Below are positions 58,755 through 61,073 of a DNA stretch of 61,073 nt, piece by piece. The notes below the pieces were generated by a model, which made no database searches, had not been told where the DNA came from, and worked only from the letters and a program-made list of their open reading frames with translations. Source of the DNA: a virus (Duplodnaviria > Caudoviricetes). How positions within the stretch are numbered: the stretch's first letter is position 1; every line of letters starts with the position of its first letter. The stretch spans positions 1 through 61,073 of the IMG/VR virus record IMGVR_UViG_3300022747_000019; one strand, written 5' to 3'. The position numbers and the translations under genes are program-made.

Positions 58755-58838
58755 TCTAAGCCCGGCTTCGGCTGGGCTTTTTAATTTTTTACTTGTTTTG
58801 CTTACCCTAAACTGTTATAATTATTCTTTAAACAGGGA

Positions 58839-59486
58839 ATGAACATGAAACCAACATTAGCAATTTTTATCCATGATCCACAATGCGAAACTGAGTGCGC
58901 TTTGGGTATGATTGAAGGCTTGGTTCGTGATTTCGACATTCGTACTTTTGGTATTGATAATCTTACTACTGGTTTCTTAGCTGACTTTGATGCAGTGTGC
59001 TTTCCAGGCGGAATGGGTGATGCTGACGATTTCTTCGATATTTTTACCGAAGACCATATTTCAGCAGTTCAAGAGTATGTACATTGTGGAGGTAAGTATT
59101 TCGGTATTTGCATGGGTGCTTATTGGGCAGGCCCAAACTACTTTGACCTAGTATATGATTTAGAAGTAGGTCAATATATTGAGCGAGCTTCTGGAGATAT
59201 TATTACTGACGGCCCTACTATTGCTAAAGTTGAATGGTTAGGTGTTCCAGAACAAATGTACTTCTATGATGGTTGTGCCATTGTAGGAGAGGATATGGAA
59301 GTAGTTGCAGAGTATTACAACGGTGATGCTATGGCGGCTATTCAGGGTAATGTAGGTATGATTGGTTGTCATCCTGAAAGTCAGGAATGGTGGTTTGAAC
59401 TTGACAATATCCCTAAATCATATTATAATAGTAATCATAGACAGTTAATGTCTGACTTTGTAAAACGACTGATTAATAATGACTAA
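58839..59486 (+). CDS. Class I glutamine amidotransferase-like (BPL_N-type) protein
   Basis: FPGG, YFGICMGAY, HPE. Confidence 0.7.
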   Translation: MNMKPTLAIFIHDPQCETECALGMIEGLVRDFDIRTFGIDNLTTGFLADFDAVCFPGGMGDADDFFDIFTEDHISAVQEYVHCGGKYFGICMGAYWAGPNYFDLVYDLEVGQYIERASGDIITDGPTIAKVEWLGVPEQMYFYDGCAIVGEDMEVVAEYYNGDAMAAIQGNVGMIGCHPESQEWWFELDNIPKSYYNSNHRQLMSDFVKRLINND

Positions 59487-60429
59487 AATCGAACAATTCC
59501 TAGACTCAGCATCAAAAGCATATTACGCAGGTTCGCCTATCATTTCGGACGAGCAGTTTGATCGCCTGGCTGATTCTGTTGGTTATAACTCAGTCGGCTC
59601 TAAGCAACACGAAAACAAGGAGAAGCACCTGTACCAGATGTACAGTCTGCAAAAATACTATGAAGATGAAGGTAACCGTCCTCTCGAAGGCATTCGATCA
59701 GTTGCTACTAGTGTTAAGCTGGATGGGGCAGCTATCAGCCTTCTTTATGTTGACGGTCATCTTGTTCGAGGTCTTACACGCGGTGACGGGGTGGAAGGTC
59801 AGCTAATCACTGATAAACTTCTAGCAACTAACATTGTTCCTCATACTATTCCCCATACTGGTGTAGTGCAGGTTACCGGTGAGTTTGTTGCTCCGCTTAA
59901 CATCGAGAACGCTCGTAACTATGCAGCAGGTTCGCTTAATTTGAAGGACGTCAACGAATTCAAAACTCGTGCCCTTTCGTTCTTCGCCTACGGCGTACAA
60001 CCTACCCTAGCCGATACTTTTAACGAAGATATGAAGCTATTGCAAAGCTACGGCTTCGGAGTAATCAATGAACCAGACCTTGATAAAATCTTCCCATGTG
60101 ACGGAGTGGTCTTCCGTGTAAACGATAACAAGCAGTTTTTTGAAATGGGATATACTAGCAAGCATCCTCGTGGTGCATATGCTAAGAAAGAACGAGCAGC
60201 CCATGTTGAAACAAAACTTCTTGATGTTGAATGGCAAGTTGGCAAAAGCGGCAAAGTCACTCCAGTTGCTATTCTGGAGCCTGTTTATATTGGCGATGCC
60301 CTTGTCAGTCGTGCTACTCTTAATAATCCTGGTTTCATTGAAATGCTGGATCTCCGAATCGGAGATACAGTAGCCATTATCCGTAGTGGGGAAATCATTC
60401 CATGTATTCTCCACAAAGTTGATGCTTAA
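59479..60429 (+). CDS. ligA: NAD-dependent DNA ligase subunit A
   Basis: YYAG.PIISDEQFD, KLDG, TRGDG, DGVV, RATLNN, RSGEIIP. Confidence 0.92.
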   Translation: MTKIEQFLDSASKAYYAGSPIISDEQFDRLADSVGYNSVGSKQHENKEKHLYQMYSLQKYYEDEGNRPLEGIRSVATSVKLDGAAISLLYVDGHLVRGLTRGDGVEGQLITDKLLATNIVPHTIPHTGVVQVTGEFVAPLNIENARNYAAGSLNLKDVNEFKTRALSFFAYGVQPTLADTFNEDMKLLQSYGFGVINEPDLDKIFPCDGVVFRVNDNKQFFEMGYTSKHPRGAYAKKERAAHVETKLLDVEWQVGKSGKVTPVAILEPVYIGDALVSRATLNNPGFIEMLDLRIGDTVAIIRSGEIIPCILHKVDA

Positions 60430-60502
60430 GGGAACAGAAATTTTGACTTGTCCTATAGTCCCCAAAGCAGTATAATATATACTTAGAAATTGATAAAAAA
60501 CC

Positions 60503-61073
60503 ATGAAGATCGAAATCCCGACAACTTGCCCTTGCTGTAACTACCCTCTAGAATTGGTCAATGATCAACTCTTTTGTCGTAACACAGCTTGTGATGCTCA
60601 GCTTTCCAAGAAAGTCGAACATTTTTGCAAGACTCTGGGTATCAAAGGCATTGGTGCAAAAACTATTGAGAAATTGGGCTTAGCTGACATTACAGAGCTT
60701 TTCTATCTCGATGCTAGTACAGTAGAAGAAACCCTAGGTGAAAAGACTACTGCTAAGCTATTGAATGAAATTGAGAAAGCTAAACAAGCTGATCTGGCTA
60801 CAGTCATCGCCTCGTTCTCCATCCCGCTAGTTGGTGGTACAGCCTCTAAAAAGATTTGTGCCGCAGTTAGCAATATTGACGAAATCACTTTTGAAAAATG
60901 CCGTGAGGCTGGTCTAGGTGAGAAAGTCTCGCAAAATCTAGTCGGTTGGCTAGAAACAGAGTTTAACGAAGTAAGAGAGTTTTTACCCTTCTCTTTTACC
61001 TCTCAACAAGTTCCCGTACAGAGTGGCGGAAAGTCCGTCTGTATTACTGGAAAACTATCCTCGTTTAAAACAA
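60503..61073 (+). CDS. NAD-dependent DNA ligase subunit B (partial)
   Basis: MKIEIPTTCPCC...LFCRN..C Zn finger, HhH IKGIG, BRCT start VCITGKL. Confidence 0.85.
   Translation, partial: MKIEIPTTCPCCNYPLELVNDQLFCRNTACDAQLSKKVEHFCKTLGIKGIGAKTIEKLGLADITELFYLDASTVEETLGEKTTAKLLNEIEKAKQADLATVIASFSIPLVGGTASKKICAAVSNIDEITFEKCREAGLGEKVSQNLVGWLETEFNEVREFLPFSFTSQQVPVQSGGKSVCITGKLSSFKT

Noticed and set aside
59479-61073. Split ligase as a pseudogene or novelty
   Set aside because: A two-gene NAD-dependent ligase is the normal state in T5-like phages.

Overview
This window is part of a T5-like (Demerecviridae-type) siphophage genome, read by eye with no database searches. 1-16048 (minus strand) is the late morphogenesis block: tape measure (partial), tail chaperones with a -1 frameshift, tail tube, tail/head completion, an in-frame protease-capsid fusion, portal, HNH nicking nuclease and terminases. 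About 16300-21700 looks like a pre-early/first-step-transfer region with three A2-like paralogs (a fourth lies at 23078-23404), a HAD phosphatase, a DEDD exonuclease, two HExxH peptidases and repeated promoter/palindrome units. About 21870-22835 is a 1-kb ORF-free RNA locus containing a tRNA-Glu and a hammerhead ribozyme. 23000-34300 (minus) holds small early genes, ThyX and a SleB hydrolase. 34400-51500 (plus) is a large RNA region: about 30 tRNAs, a circularly permuted tmRNA, a Ro60/TROVE gene surrounded by permuted tRNA-mimic (YrlA-like) RNAs, two tRNA-shaped RNAs with expanded anticodon domains, and a series of long-stem-closed spacer RNAs. 51600-61073 holds D3/D5-like regulators, an NAD salvage pair (NadM-Nudix plus NAMPT) and a split NAD-dependent ligase. 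The best candidate for an undescribed system is the phage Ro60 plus multiple anticodon-displaying permuted tRNA mimics.
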